NCBI RefSeq assembly: GCF_020745735.1
Contig: NW_026867441.1
Span: 417,951 to 481,950, forward strand
DNA: 64,000 bases
Reading direction: 5' to 3'
Source of the DNA: Hemiscyllium ocellatum
Lineage: Eukaryota
Shown in pieces: positions 11,456 to 25,085 of the stretch; the first letter of the stretch is position 1, and the number at the start of each line of letters is the position of its first letter. The notes beneath the pieces are model-generated. The model had not been told where the DNA came from and searched no databases. It worked only from the letters and a program-made list of their open reading frames with translations. The translations under genes and the position numbers were made by a program.

Positions 11456-13240
11456 CATAAGAACATAAGAACTAGGAGCAGGAGTAGGCCATCTGTCCCT
11501 TCACCCTGCTCTGCCATTCAATAAGATCATGGCTGATCTTTTCATGGACTCAGCTCCACATTAGACCATAAGACAAAGGAGTGGAAGTAAGGCCATTTGG
11601 CCCATCGAGTCCACTCCGTCATTCAATCATGGGTGATGGGCATTGAAGGACAGTTACCCACACTCTCCCTGTAGCCCTTAATTCATTCCAAGATTAAGAA
11701 TTTATCAATCTCTGCCTTGAAGACATTTAATATTTCAGCCGCCAGTGCGCTCTGTGGCAATGAATTCCAAAGGCCCATCACTCTCTAGCTGAAGAAATGT
11801 CTCCTCAGTTATGTTTTAAACTGACCCCCTCTAACTCTAAGGCTGTGCCCTCGGGTCCTAGTACTCCCACCTAATGGAAACAATTTCCCAGCATCCACCC
11901 TTTCAAAACCATGCATTATCTTGTAAGTTTCTATTAGATCTCCCCTTCTAAAGTCGAATGAATACAATCCCAAGATCCTCAGCCATTCATCATATATTAG
12001 GATTACCATTCCAGGGCTCACCCATGTGAATCTCCACTGGACACGGTCCAGTATCAATATGTCCTTCCTGAGGTGTGGGGCACAAAAGTGGACTAAATGG
12101 GGCCTAACCAGAGCTTTATAAAGTCTCAGTAGCACATCTCATTTTACATTCCAACCCTCTTGAGATAAACTGGAGAAAGTGAGGACTGCAGATGCTGGAG
12201 ATCAGAGCTGAAAAATGTGTTGCTGGACAAGTGCAACAGGTCAGGCAGCATCCAAGGAGCAGGAGAATTGATGTTTCAGGCATAAGCCCTTTTTCATTCC
12301 TGCTGCGCATTTTCAGCAACACATTTTTCAGCTCGAGATAAATGACAACATTACATTTGCTTTCTTAACCACGGATTCAACCTGCAAGTTAACCTTTAGA
12401 GAATCCGGGACTAGCATTCCCAGATCACTTTGTACTTTGGCTTTATGAATGTTCTCACCGTTTAGAAAATTGTCCATGCCTGTAGTCTTTTTTCTGAAGT
12501 TCAAGACTTGGCATTTACTCTCACTGTATCTCTTAATTCCTTTATTGTTCAAAAAAATCTACTTAGCTTTAAAACATTTACTGAAGTAGCATCAATTTCT
12601 TCATTGAGCAAGGAATTTCATAGATTTATGACCCTCTGGATAAGAGGTTCCTTCTCAATTCAGTCCTAAATCTGCTCCCCCTAATTTTGAGGTTAAACCC
12701 TCTTGTTTTAGTTTCACCTGCCAGTGAGGACATCCTCTCTACTTCTGTCTTATCTATTCTCTTTATAATTTTATTTGTTTCTATAAGATTCCCCTCATTC
12801 TTCTAAGTTCCAATGAATAGATCCCAGTCTACACAGTCTCCCTTCATAAGCGAAACCCCTCCACCCCAGAATCAGCCTGGTGAACTTTCTCTGCACCCCT
12901 CTAGTGCCAGTATTGCCTTTTTCAAGTAAGGAGACCATTACTGCATGCAGTACTCCAGGTGTGGTCTCACCAGCACCCTGTACAGCTGCAACATAATCTT
13001 CCCGCTTTTTGAACTCAATCCCTTTAGCAATGAAGGACAAAATTCCATTTGCCTTCCTAATTGCTTGTTTTATCTGTAGACCAACCCTCTGTGATTCATG
13101 CATAAGGATACTCAAGGTACATGCCTTTCATTGTGTATATCCTTCCCTTATTAGACCTCCCAAGTTGGATCACCTCAGAGGTATCAGGATTAAATTACAT
13201 CTGCCATTGCTCTGCCCAATTTACCAGCTGACCAATATCA
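11456..13240 (-). mobile_element. CR1-like LINE 3' portions (nested), continuing at 14091-14290
   Basis: LYKALVRPHL...RGDLIETYKIMHG...TRGHSLRVRGG (ORF 11809-12135) and AIRKANGILSFIAKGIEFK (12795-13115). Confidence 0.85.
12170..12334. mobile_element. PLE 3' terminus (minus) plus a short inverted arm, with 8-bp TSD gagataaa
   Basis: TSD at 12162-12169 and 12335-12342; the uninterrupted CR1 sequence ctcgagataaatgacaac is seen at about 62584. Confidence 0.8.
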
Positions 13241-14090
13241 GACTGCAGCCTGAGACCCAGTAATCCAAGATGGCCGCAGAGTCAGACACTTCAGACCGAG
13301 TTCATCTGCTCCATCTGTTTCCTTTTCTTCTTTCTATCCCACTTCTCTTTTCCTTTTCTTTTGTGTTTTTCTTTTGTCCTTCTCCCTAATTTCTTCTCCC
13401 GGACTCGGACTCGCAGCCTCAGTTGCCAGGCCTCTGACCCAGTGCAGACCTAATGATGTAGCCTCTTGGCTTGATGTGGCAGTGTCCTGGCCTGGCAGGG
13501 AGATCTACCAGAGCTGAAAATGTGTTGCTGGAAAGCGCAGCAGGTCAGGCAGCATCCAAGGAACAGGAGAGTCGGCGTTTCCGGCATGAGCCCTTCTTCA
13601 GGGATACCTTCCAGCCCAACGAGGCAGTCCAACATGATGGCCTCTGTTTGATGTGGTGGCCTCTCAGCCCAGCGTGATGGTCACTCGGCCTAGTGTAGCG
13701 ATCTCTGAGTGGCCCAGAGTGGTTCTCTCTCAGCCCACATAGTGGTCCTTTCTGTATATGGTGGTCTCTCCACCCGGGAAGGCCTCAGCGTGGACTTCCG
13801 GTCTCGAGATGATGATTTAAAGAATGATCCCATGGTAGCTAAGTTCTTAAGAAATGCTGTAATGTTTGAACTTTCAGCTTTATTTCTTCATTTTCTACTT
13901 AAAACTAAAAAAGATCTGCAACGTGTAACCTTGAACTTTATTCTTTCTTTCTACCTTGTTCTTACGATTCTGTACTGAGGTCCTTGTACCTAAGATGGCA
14001 CCTTGTGAGGTGACGTTACATACTTTTCACTGTACTCCAATACTTTTGCAATCGAGAACACGTGACAATAAACTTAAATAAAAATCAAAT
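13241..14090 (+). mobile_element. Non-autonomous retroposon with a cactgtact...cacgtgacaataaa tail and (AAATC)n end, TSD caatatca
   Basis: TSD at 13233-13240 and 14091-14098; no ORF; contains a PLE terminus at about 13510-13615. Confidence 0.7.
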
Positions 14091-14304
14091 CAATATCAAT
14101 AGCACCACCAATTTATGTGGCCTCTGAAAACTTTCTAATTTTACAATCACAGTCAATTTGTTAATGTACATTACAAACAGCAAGGGTCCCAGCCCCAATC
14201 CCTGTCTTACACCACTGGTCACAGGCTTCCAATCACAAAGACAAACCTCTCCCATCACTCTTTGCCTCATATTTGGATCCAATTTGCCAAAATGCCTTGG
14301 ATCC

Positions 14305-17300
14305 CATGGGCTCTTACCATAACTCCAGGAAAGGCAAGAGAGGTAGGCAAGTAGTGCAGGAGTCTTCTGTGGTTATTCCCATTTCAAACAAGTATGCTGT
14401 TTTGGAAAATGTAGGGGGTGATGGAAACTCAGGGGTACTTAGCATGAGCAGCCAAGTTTCTGGTATTGACACTGGCTCTAATGTAATGGGAGGTACGTCG
14501 GGTTCCAAACAATCGACTGTGTTAGGGGACTCTCTAGCCCGAGGTACAGACAGACATTTCAGTGGCCAGCAGTAAAAAATCAGAATGGTGTGTTGCTTCC
14601 CTGGTGCCAGGATCAAAGATGTCTCCGGGAGGGTGCAGAATGTTCTTAAGTGGAGAGAGACCAGCAGGAGGTCTTGTACACTTTGGAACCAATGACATAG
14701 GAAGGGAAAAGGTTGAGATTCTGAAGGGAGATTGCAGAGAGTTAGGCAGGAATTTAAAAAAGGAGGTCCTCAAGAGTAGTAATATCTGAATTACTACTGG
14801 TGCTATGAGCTAGTGAGGGCAGGAACAGGAGGATAGAGCAGATGAATGCATGGCTGAGGAGCTGGTGTATGGGAGAAGGATTCACATTTTTAGATCTTTG
14901 GAAGCTGTTTTGAGGTAGAAGTGACCTGTACAAGAAGGACAGATTGCACTTAAATTGGAAGGGGACTAATATACTGGCAGGGAGATTTGCTAGAGCTGCT
15001 CGGGAGGATTTAAACTAGTAAGGTGGGCGGGTGGGACCCAGGGAGATAGTGAGGAGAGATTTCAACCTGAGATTGGTAAAGTTGAGAACAAAGGCAAGTC
15101 AATCAGTCAGGGCAGGCGGGGACAAAGCAGAGAACAAGGTAAGACTGATAAATTAAACTGCATTTATTTCAGTGCAAGAGGCCCAACAGGGAAGGAAGAT
15201 GAACATGGGGCGTGGTTAGGATCATGGGACTGGGATATCATAGCAATTACAGAAACATGGTTCAGGGATGGGCAGGACTGGCTGTTTAATGTTCTAGGAT
15301 ACAAATGCTACAGGAAGGACAGAAAGGGAGGCACAAGAGGAGGGAGAGTGGCATTTTTGATAAGGGATAGCATTACAGCTGTACTTAGGGAGGATATTCC
15401 CAGAAATACATCCAGGGAAGTTATTCGGATGGAACTGAGAAAAAAGAAGGGGATGATCACCTTGTTGGGATTATAATATAGCTCCCCTCCAGTAGTCAGC
15501 GGGAAATTGACAAACAAATTTGTAAGGAGATTTCAGTTATCAGTAAGAATAATGGGGTGGTTATAGGAGGGGATTTTAACTTTCCAAACATAGACTGTGA
15601 CTGCTATAGTGTGAAGGGTTTAGATGTAGAGGAATTTGTTAAGTGCGTACAATACAATTTTCTGATTCAGAATGTGGATGTACCTACTAGAGACGGTGCA
15701 AAGCTCAACCTTGGAAATAATGCAGGGCAGGTGACTGAGGTGTCAGTGGAGGAGCACTTTTGGTCAGCGACCATAATTCTATTCATTTTAAAATAGTGAA
15801 GGAAAAGGATAGACCAGATCCAGAAGTTGGAGTTCTAAATTGGAGGAAGGCTAATTTTGCCAGTATTAGGCAAGAACTCTGAAAAGCTGATTGGGGGCAG
15901 TTGCTCGCAGGTCATGGGACAGCTGGAAAATAGGAAGCCTTCAGAAATGAGATAAATTGAGCCCAGAGATAGTATATTCTAGTTACGGTGAAAGGAAAGG
16001 CTGGTAGGTGTAGGGGATATTGGATGATGAGAGAAGTTGAGGGTTTGGTTGAGAAAAAGGATGAAGCATATGCCAGGTATAGACAGGATAGATTGAGTGA
16101 ATCCTTAGATGGATACAAAGGCAGTAGGAGTACACTTAAGATGGAAATCAGGAGGGCAACAACATGAGATAGCTTTGGCAAATAGGGTTAAGGAGAATAC
16201 AGAGGGGTTTTATGAATACATTAAGGACAAGAGGGTAACTAAGGAGAGAATAGGGCCCCTCAAAGATCAGCAAGGCGACCTTTGTGTGGAGCAGCAGGAG
16301 ATGGGGCAGATACCAAATGAGTATTTTGCTTCACTTTAACTGTGGAGAAGGATATTGAAGATATAGAATGCAGGGAAATAGATGGTGATATCTTGAAAAA
16401 TGTTCATATTACAGATGAGGAGGTGCCAGATGTCTTTGAAATGCATAAATGTGGATAAATCCCCAAGACCTAATTAGGTATACCCTAGGACTCTGTCGGA
16501 AGCTAGGGAAGTGATTGCTGGGCCTCTTACTGTGATATTTGTATCCTCAATAGTCACAAATGATGTGCCAGAAGACTGGAGGTTCACTAATTGGTGCCAC
16601 TACTTAAGAAAGGTGGTAAAGACAAGCCAGGGAACTGTAGACCAGTGAGCCAGACGTCAATTGTGAGGAAGTTATTGGAAGGAATCCTGAGGGACAGATT
16701 GTCCATAAATTTGGAAAGGCAAAGACTGATTAGGGATAGTCAGCATGGTTCTGTGCATGGGAAATCATGTCTCACAAACTTGATTGAGTTTTTTGAAGAA
16801 GTAACAGAAAGAATTGATGAGGGCAGAACATTAGACTGGATCTGTACGGACTTCAGTAAGACATTCAACAAGGTTCCCCATGGAAGATTGGTTAGCAAGG
16901 TTAGATCTCATGGAATACAGTTAGAACTAGCCATTTGGATACAGAACTGGCTCAAAGGTAGAAGACAGTGGGTGATGGTGGAGGGTTGTTTTTCAGACGG
17001 GACGTCTCTGACCAGTGGAGTGTCATAAGGATTGGTGCTGGGGCAACTACTTGTTGTCATTTACATAAATGATTTGGATGTGAACATAGGAGGTAGAGTT
17101 AGTAAGTTTGCAAATGACACCAAAATTGGAGGTGTAGTGGACAGCGAAGAAAGTTACCTCAGATTACACCAGGATCTTGATCTGATGGGCCAATGGGCTG
17201 AGGAATGGCAGGTGGAGTTTAATTCAGATAAATGCAAGGTGCTGCAGTTAGGAAAGCAAATCTTAGCAGGACTTATACACTTAATGGTCAGGTTCTCGGG

Positions 17301-18015
17301 AGTGTTGCTGAACAAAGAGACCTTGGAGTGCAGGTTCATAGCTCTTTGAATGTAGAGTCGTAGGTAGGTAGGATAATGAAGACGACATTTGGTATGCTTT
17401 ACTTTATTGATTAGAGAATTGAGTATGGGTGTTGGGAGGTCACCTAAACCACTTTTGGAGTATTGTGTTCAATTCTGATCTCCTTCCTATCAGAAAGATG
17501 TTGTGAAACTAGAAAGGGTTCAGAAAAGATTTACAAGGATGTTACTAGGGTTGGAGGATTTAAGCTATACGGAGAAGTTAAATAGACTAGGGATGTTTTC
17601 CCTTGAGTGAGGTGTGACCTTACAGAGGTCCCTGCTGAGGGGTGACCTTACAGAGGTTTACAAAATCATGAGGGACATGGATTGGGCAAAGAGACCAAGT
17701 CTTTTCCCTGAGCTGGTGGAGTCCAGTAATAGAGGGCATGGGTTTAGGGTAAGAGGGGAAAGATATAAAAGAGACTTGAGAAGCAACTTTTTCACGCACA
17801 GAGTGGTGCAAGTGCAGAATGGGGCTGCCAGAGGAAGTGGTAGAGGCTGGTACAATTACAACATTTAAAAGGCATCTGAATGGGTATATGAATAGGAAGG
17901 GTTTGGAGGGAACTGGGCCAGGTGTTGGCAGGTGGGACTAGATTGGGTTGGGATGTCTGGTTGGCATGGACAAGTTGGACCTTAGGGTCTGTTTCCATGC
18001 TGTACATCTCTATGA
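14305..18015 (+). mobile_element. Near full-length decayed CR1-like LINE (ORF1 SGNH-esterase region, ORF2 EN and RT, 3' tail)
   Basis: VLGDSLARGTDR / CCFPGARIKDV (esterase); VIGGDFNFPNID (EN); SQHGSVHGKSCLTNLIEFFEEVT..DFSKTFNKVPH and YINDLD..SKFANDTKIGG (RT); many stops and frameshifts. Confidence 0.92.
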
Positions 18016-18154
18016 CTCTAGAAGGAGGCTGTTCAGCCCCTTGTGTCAGTACTAGCTGTTTACTAACCTCACTCACAATGAACATCTCCACTGAATTCTG
18101 GATGAGTGGTGCTGGAAGAGCACAGCCATTCAGCCAGCATCCGAGGAGCAGCGA

Positions 18155-18190
18155 AATCGATGTTTCGGGCATAAGCCCTTCATCAGGAAT
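18155..18190 (-). ncRNA. Minimal type I hammerhead ribozyme motif (slightly decayed, GAAACATC)
   Basis: ATTC CTGATGA A GGGC TTAT GCCC GAAACATC GATT; the ACGT palindrome has become ACAT. Confidence 0.6.
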
Positions 18191-18509
18191 AAAGGCAGTG
18201 AGCCTGAAGCGTGGAGGGATAAGCTAGAGGAGGGTGGGGGGGGGGAGAAAGTAGCATAGAGTACAAGCAAATGTGTCTGTGGTAGCGAGTTTGTTTCATG
18301 AAATGTTTGAAGAGCTTCAGGGCAGAGGAAATGACCTGGGAGTTGCAGTGGGAGAGGGACTCCCTGAGATTATTGTAGAGAGAAGCTCTTCAACCATGTC
18401 ATGAAACAAACTCGCTCCCACAGCCACATTTGCTTGTATTCTATGCTACTTTCTCCCCACCCCCACCCTCCTCTAGCTTATCTCTCCACACTTCAGGCTC
18501 ACTGCCTTT

Positions 18510-18545
18510 ATTCCTGATGAAGGGCTTTAGCCCGAAACGTCGATT
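18510..18545 (+). ncRNA. Minimal type I hammerhead ribozyme motif
   Basis: ATTC CTGATGA A GGGC TTTA GCCC GAAACGTC GATT: intact core, 4-bp stem II, palindromic ACGT stem III, GUC cleavage triplet. Confidence 0.75.
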
Positions 18546-19182
18546 TCGCTGCTCCTCGGATGCCACCTGAACTGCTGTGCTCTTCCAGCACCACTCATCC
18601 AGAATCTGGTTTCCTGCATCTGCAGACATTGTTTTTATCTCTGTTGAACGTCTATTGTTGGGAAGTAATTAAATCTGTTTAGAGACAGAATGTCTGACAA
18701 ATGTGAACAGATCAGAGTAAGTCAGCATGGATTAAAAAGGGTCAGACATCTTTAACTAACCTGGTTACATGTTTTAACGAGGTCACTAATGTGTGAGATA
18801 AGGGAATGTGTTGTTTATATGGACGTCCAGATGACATTCAAGGAAGTTCTGCACAAGTGTTATAATGTTATCGTTGGAACAAAGAGATGACAGATAAACA
18901 TATTCTGGATCTTTCTGCACAAATGAATTCTCAAATAAATCTCAGACACGTTGGTGAACTTGGGGTTTTATCAGAGGAAGGAGCTGAGGGAAGTCAGTTG
19001 TTGGAGAAAAATGGTTCTGGGTAAATTAGAATGTCTTAAATCAGGAGGGCCAAATAATCTATTTTCAGGAGTGCTTCAGGAAGTGGTTGTAAAATATGAG
19101 AAACATTGATGGTTATCTGTTTGTCGACTGTGGAATAGGTCCTACAAAATGGAGGGAGTTAATTTAACACGCCTATTGAAAG

Positions 19183-19201
19183 AGAGAGAGAGAGAGAGAG
19201 G
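19183..19201. repeat. (GA)n microsatellite
   Basis: Read directly. Confidence 0.9.
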
Positions 19202-19489
19202 GAAAATAAGAAATTTTAGACCAATTAGCCAGAAGTCAGCAGTGGAGAAAATGCTTAAGTTCATTATAAAATATTTTATAGCTTAGCACTTTGAAAACAG
19301 TGGCAGAACTGGACAGAGTCGGCATGAATTGTCGAAAGGGAAATCATGCTTAAAAAATCGACTGGAATTGTTTGAGGATGTAGTGAGTAGATTTGATAAG
19401 GTGGGGGCCCATGGATATGGTTTGTTTGGACTGTGTAAGGGGAATAGATCGGCGGTTCTGTGGTCAAAAACAAGACTCACGAATAGCAT

Positions 19490-22400
19490 GTTGCCTCCCA
19501 GTTGTACAGCTCAGGGATGTCTCAGATCGGCTGCAGGACATTCTGAAGGGGTGGGTGAACAGCTAGCTGTGATAGTGCATGAAGGGACTGATGATATCGT
19601 AATAAATGGAATGGGGTCCTACAAGCAGAATTTATGGAGTGAGGAACCATATTAAAATGTAGGATCTCAGAGGTAGTAATCTCAGGATTGCTCCCAGTGC
19701 CATGTGCTAGTCAGAGTCGAAATGAAAATATAGGCAGGGTGAATGCGTGGCTTGAGAGATGGTGCAGGAGGGAGGGTTCAGATTTTTGGGACATTGGGAC
19801 TGGTTCCTGGGGAGGTGGGACAATTACAAATTGAGCGGTCTACACCTGGGCAGGACTGGAACCAGTGTCCTGTGGGATATGTTTGATCACGCTCTTGGGG
19901 AGGGTTCAAAATAGTGTAGCAGAGGGATGGGAACCAAATGAGGAGGTTAGTGGGCAATAAGGAGGGAGTAACTAAAGCCTGTCAGGAACTAGATATTGAA
20001 GTCAGTGTGACTAAGGTTAAGAGTAGGTAGGGAGCAGATGATGAACGCAAAGGGACAGATGGTCTGAGATGCATTTGTTTTAATGTGAGAAGCGTAGTAG
20101 GTAAGGCAGAGGAATTTAGGGCTTGGACTAGTATCTGGGAGTATGATGTTATTGCTATTACTGAGACGTGGTTGAGGGAATGGCAAGATTGGCAACTAAA
20201 TATCCCAGGATACAGATGTATCAGATGCGTTCGAGAGGGAAGTAAAAGGGATGGAGGAGTTGCATTACTGGTCAGAGAGAATATCACAGGTGTGGTGAAG
20301 GAGGGCACTATGGAGGACTCAAGCAGTAGGGCAATATGGGCAGAGGTCAGAAACAGGAAGGATGCAGTAACAATGTTGGTGCTATCCTACAAGTCTCCTA
20401 ACAGTGAACGTGAGATAGAGGTACAAATATGTAAACAGATTATGGAAAGATGTAGGAGTAACAAGGTGGTGGTGATGGAAGATTTTAATTTTCCCAACAT
20501 TGACTGGGATTCACTTCATGTTAGAAGTTAAGATGGAGCAGAATTTGTAAGAAGCATCCAGGAGGATTTCACAGAGTAATGTGGAAGTAATCTAACTTAG
20601 GAAGGGGCCATACTGGGCTGGTGTTGGGGAATGAGCCTGGCCAGGTGATTGAAATTTCAGTCGGGGATTACTTTGGAAGAATGATCACAATTCCATACGT
20701 TTTAGAATGCTCATGGATAAAGATGAGAGTGGTCCTAAAGGAAGAGGGCTAAAGTGGAGGAAGGCCAACTATCCCAAAATTTGGAAGGAGCTGGGGAATG
20801 TGGATTGGGAGCAGCTGTTTAAAGGGAAATCCACATTTGATATGTGGGTGGCTTTTAAAGAGAGGTTGACTAGAGTCAGGACAGACATGTCCCTGTGAAA
20901 ATAAAGGATTGAAATGGCATGATTAGGAAACGCTGGATGACAGATGAAATTGTGAGACTAGCTAAGAGGAAAAAGGATGCATACATAAGGTCTAAGTGGC
21001 TGAAAACAGACAAAGCTTTGGAAGAATATCGTGAAAGTAGGACCAATCTGAAGTGAGGAATTAAAAGGGCTAAAGGGGTCACAAAATATCATTAAGGAAA
21101 ATCCCAAATCCTTTTATTCATACATAAGGAGCAAGAGGATGACTCGAGAAAGGGTTGGCCCACTCAAGGATAAAGGAGGAAAGTTATGTGTGGAGTCAGA
21201 AAATGGATGAGATTCTTAATGAGTGCTTTACGTCGGTATTCACCAAGGAGAGGGAAATGACAGATGTTGAAGTTGGGGATAGGTGTTTGATTACTCAAGG
21301 TCAAGTCGATTTAAGTAGGGAGGAAGTGTTGGGTATTTTAAAAGGCATCAAGGTGAACAAGTCCCCAGGTCAGGATGGGATCGATCCCAGCTTACTGAGG
21401 GAAGCAAGAGAGGAAATAGCTGGGGCCTTAATCGATATCTTTGTAGCAACCCTGAACATGGATGAGGGTCCCAGAGGACTGGAGAATTACTAATGTTTAA
21501 GAAGGGTAGCCAGGATAATCCAGGTAACTATCAACCAGTGAGCCTGATGTAGTGGTAGGGAAGCTGCTGGAGAAGATACTGAGGGATAAGATCTATTTAC
21601 TTTTGGAAGAAAATTGACTTATCAGTTATAGGCAGCATGAAGTTGTGCAGGGAATGTCATGTCTTACCAACTTTATAGATTTTTTTGAAGAACTGATGAA
21701 GTTGATTGAGGAGGGATGGGCTGTGGATGTCATACGCATGGACTTCAGTAAGGTGTTTGATAAAGTTCCCCATGCTAGCCTGATAAAGAAATTTAAGTCG
21801 CATGGGGTCCAGAGTGTACTCACTAGATGGGTAGAGAACAGGTTGGGCAACAGAAGACAGACAGTAGTGGTGGGAGTACTTTCTCAAAATGGAGAACAGG
21901 AATCCGTGCTGGTACCGCTCTTGTTTTTGATCTCCATAAATGATCTGGAGGAAGGTATAGGTGGTCTGATTAGCAAGTTTGCAGATGACACTAATATTGG
22001 TGGAGTAGCAGATAGTGAAGTGGACTGTCAGAGAATGTAGCAGAATATAGACAGATTGGACAGTTGGGCAGAGAAACGGATGGATGGAGTTCAAACCAGG
22101 CAAATGCGATCTGATGAATTTTGGAAGATCCAAATCTGGAGTAAACTGTACGGTGAATGGAACACCCTGGGAAAATTGATGCCCAGAGCGACCTGGGTGT
22201 TCAGGTCCATTGTACCCTGGAGGTGACAACACAGGTCGACAGAGTGGTCAAGAAGGCATATGGCACATCTTCCTTCACCAGACGTGGTATTCAGTACAAG
22301 AGTTGGAAGGTCATATTAGAATTATATCAGACTTTGGCTTGGCCACATTTGGAATACTGCGTACAGTTCTGGTTGCCACATTACCAGAAAGATGTGGATG

Positions 22401-22880
22401 CTTTGGAGAGGGTGTAGAGGAGGTTCACCAGGATTGCCTGGTGTGGAGGGCACGAGCTATGAAGAGAGACTTAGTAGATTAGGATTATTTTCATTAGAAA
22501 GTCAAATGTTGAGGGGGGACCTGATTGGGGTCTACAAAATCATGAGAGATATAGACAGGGTGGATAGCAAGAAGCTTTTTCCCAGAGTGGGGGACTCAAT
22601 TACTCGGGGGTCATGAGTTCAAGGTGAGAGTGGAAATATTTAAGGGAGATATGTATGGAAAGTTCTTCACACAGAAAGTGATTGATCCTGGAGCATGTTG
22701 CCAGTGGAGGTGGTAGAGGCAGGTACAATAGCATCGTTTAAGATATATCTAGATAGATACATGGATGGGCAGGGAGCAAAGGGAGACAGACCCTTGGAAA
22801 ATTGATGACAGGTTTAGATGGAGGATATGGACCAGTGCAGGCGAGTAGGGCCGAAGGGCCAGTTCTTGTGCTGTAATTTT
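19490..22880 (+). mobile_element. Second long decayed CR1-like LINE (ORF1 esterase end, EN, RT, tail)
   Basis: EQLAVIVHEGTDDI; YDVIAITETWL..YKSPNS..MEDFNFPNIDW (ORF 20085-20531); GMSCLTNFIDFFEE..DFSKVFDKVPH..ISKFADDT (21645-22040). Confidence 0.92.
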
Positions 22881-22884
22881 CGTT

Positions 22885-24180
22885 GCTCTTTGTTCTTTGA
22901 ACTGAGGAAGCTCAAAGGAACAGAGTGATCTTGGGTGCTTCTCCACTGATCCCTGAATATGGCAAGACAGGTTAACAGAGCAGTTATGAAGGCATAGGGG
23001 ACACTTGGCTTTGTCATGTCAGGTGTTGGTTATAAAAGCAGGAGGATATGGTGCAGTTAAGCAGAACATTGGTTAGGCCACAGCTGGAGTACTGTGTGCA
23101 GTTCAGGTCACCACACTGTAGGAAGGATGTGATTGCACTGGTTGGGGTGCAGAGGGGAATCACCAGGATGTTGTGTGGGATGGAACCTCGCAGTGATGAA
23201 GAGAAATTGGATCAGCTCGGGTTGTTTTCTTCAGAGCAGAGAAGGTGGAGGGGGGACCTGATAGAGGTGTATAAGGTTATGAGGGGAATTGGCAGGGAGG
23301 TGAGAAAGCAGCTGTTCTCCTTCTTGGGAGGGTCAATAACAAGTTGACTCACATTCAATGTGAAAGCTAGGAGGCTTCAAGATGTTTTAAGGAAAATGTT
23401 TTTCATCCAGAGGTTGGTGTGCATCTGGAATGCACAGCCTGAGAGGGGAGTTGAGGTGGGAAACCTCACAAAGTTTAAAATGTACTTGGGTGAGCAGTTG
23501 AAATGTCATAACATTCAAGCTGTGGGCCTCATGTTGGAAAGTGGGACTGGTATAGGTTTAGTGTAGTGTGGCTGGTACACAGTTAATGAACTGAAGGGCC
23601 TCCTCTGTACTGTGTGATTTTCTGATTCTGTCGTGGGTAGTTTCAGGCTCCTTAACTGAGGAAGGATGTTCTGGCTGTGGGGGGAGGGCAGTGAAGGTTT
23701 ACCAGACTGATTCCTGGGAAGACAGCACTTAGATCTGATGAGAAACTGGATCAGTTAGGATTATATTCATTGGCACTTAGAAGATTGAAAGGAATCATAT
23801 TGTAACCTTGAAAATCCGAACAGGACAAGACTAGAACAACACAGGGAGGATGTTCCTGATGACTGGGGAATCCAGAACTACGAATTATGGTTTAAAGAAA
23901 AGGGAAAGGTTATTTCAGACTGAGCTGAGGAGACATTTCTTTAGCCAGAGACTGGGAAGCTCGTGGAATGTTCTATCACAGAAAGCAGTTGAGACCAAAA
24001 CATTCAATATTTTCAAGAGAGGATAAGTATTTTCTTAGGACTAAAGGGGATAAATTTTATGGAGAAAAAATGGGAGCAGGGGACTAAGTTGGATGATCAG
24101 CCGTAGTCATATTGAATGGCAGAGCCAACTCGAAGGGCTGAATGGCTTCCTCTTGCTCCTAGTTCCTTTGTTTCTATGTT
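22885..24180 (+). mobile_element. Two tandem CR1-like 3' fragments
   Basis: LVRPQLEYCVQF..RGDLIEVYKVMRG (23048-23347); two separate tails. Confidence 0.8.
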
Positions 24181-24189
24181 TGAGAGACT

Positions 24190-25085
24190 GTTCATAAACA
24201 TGGAAACATATGGAATTATAGAGTCTTAGAGCCATCGAGTCCTACAGCACAGACACAGGCCCTTTGGCCCAAAATGGACCGTGCTGACCAAAATTTCCAT
24301 CCATGCTAACCCCATTTCCCTGCACTTGGCCCATATCCTTCAAATGTTTTCCTATCTATGTATTTGTTCAAATGTCTTTTAAATATTGTTAATGTATCCA
24401 CCTCAATCACTTCAGCTGGCATCTCATTCCACATGCGTGCCACCCTCTGTGTAAAAATGTTGCCCCTCAGGTTCCCTTTTATTCATTTCTCTCTAACACT
24501 AAACTGATGCCCTCTCATCCTCGATTCTCCAAACCTATCCATGTCTCTCATGATCTTATACACTTCTAAAGGTTTCCCAACCAGTCTCTTACACTCTAAG
24601 AAAAAAGTCCTAACTTGCCTAACTTCTCCCTATATGTTGAGTCCAGGCAACATCCTTGTAAATTTCTTCTGTGCTCTTTCTGGTTTAGTAATATCCTTCC
24701 TATAACAAGGTGACCAAACTGAATACAATATTCCAAGTGCGACCTCACTGACATCCTGTACAAGATTAGAGATTAGATTCCCTCCAGTGTGGAAACAGGT
24801 CTTCGGTCCAACCAATCCACACCAACCCTCTGAAGAGTAACCCACCTAGACCCATTTCCCACTGACTAATGTACCTTAGACTATGGCCAATTTAACATGG
24901 CCAATTCACCTGACCTGCACATCAAACTTACTAATCATGCCTTACAGTTTCTCATCCAAATCATTAATATTGATAACAAACAGTAATGGGGCCAGCACTG
25001 AGCCCTGAGGCACTCCACTCAACACAGGCCTCCAGTCTGACAAGCATCCTTCCAATATTACCTCTGCTTCCTATCATCAAGACAG
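24190..25085 (-). mobile_element. CR1-like 3' fragment with a partial V-SINE at about 24768-24925
   Basis: WSPCYRKDITKPERAQKKFTRMLPG on the minus strand. Confidence 0.75.

Larger units (their letters stand above)
18095..18640. mobile_element. Fold-back PLE insertion: about 223-bp inverted arms (18095-18318 / 18382-18605) with a 63-nt spacer
   Basis: Arms are mutual reverse complements, each with a hammerhead motif; the empty site is visible in the paralogous segment at about 6940-6965. Confidence 0.88.
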
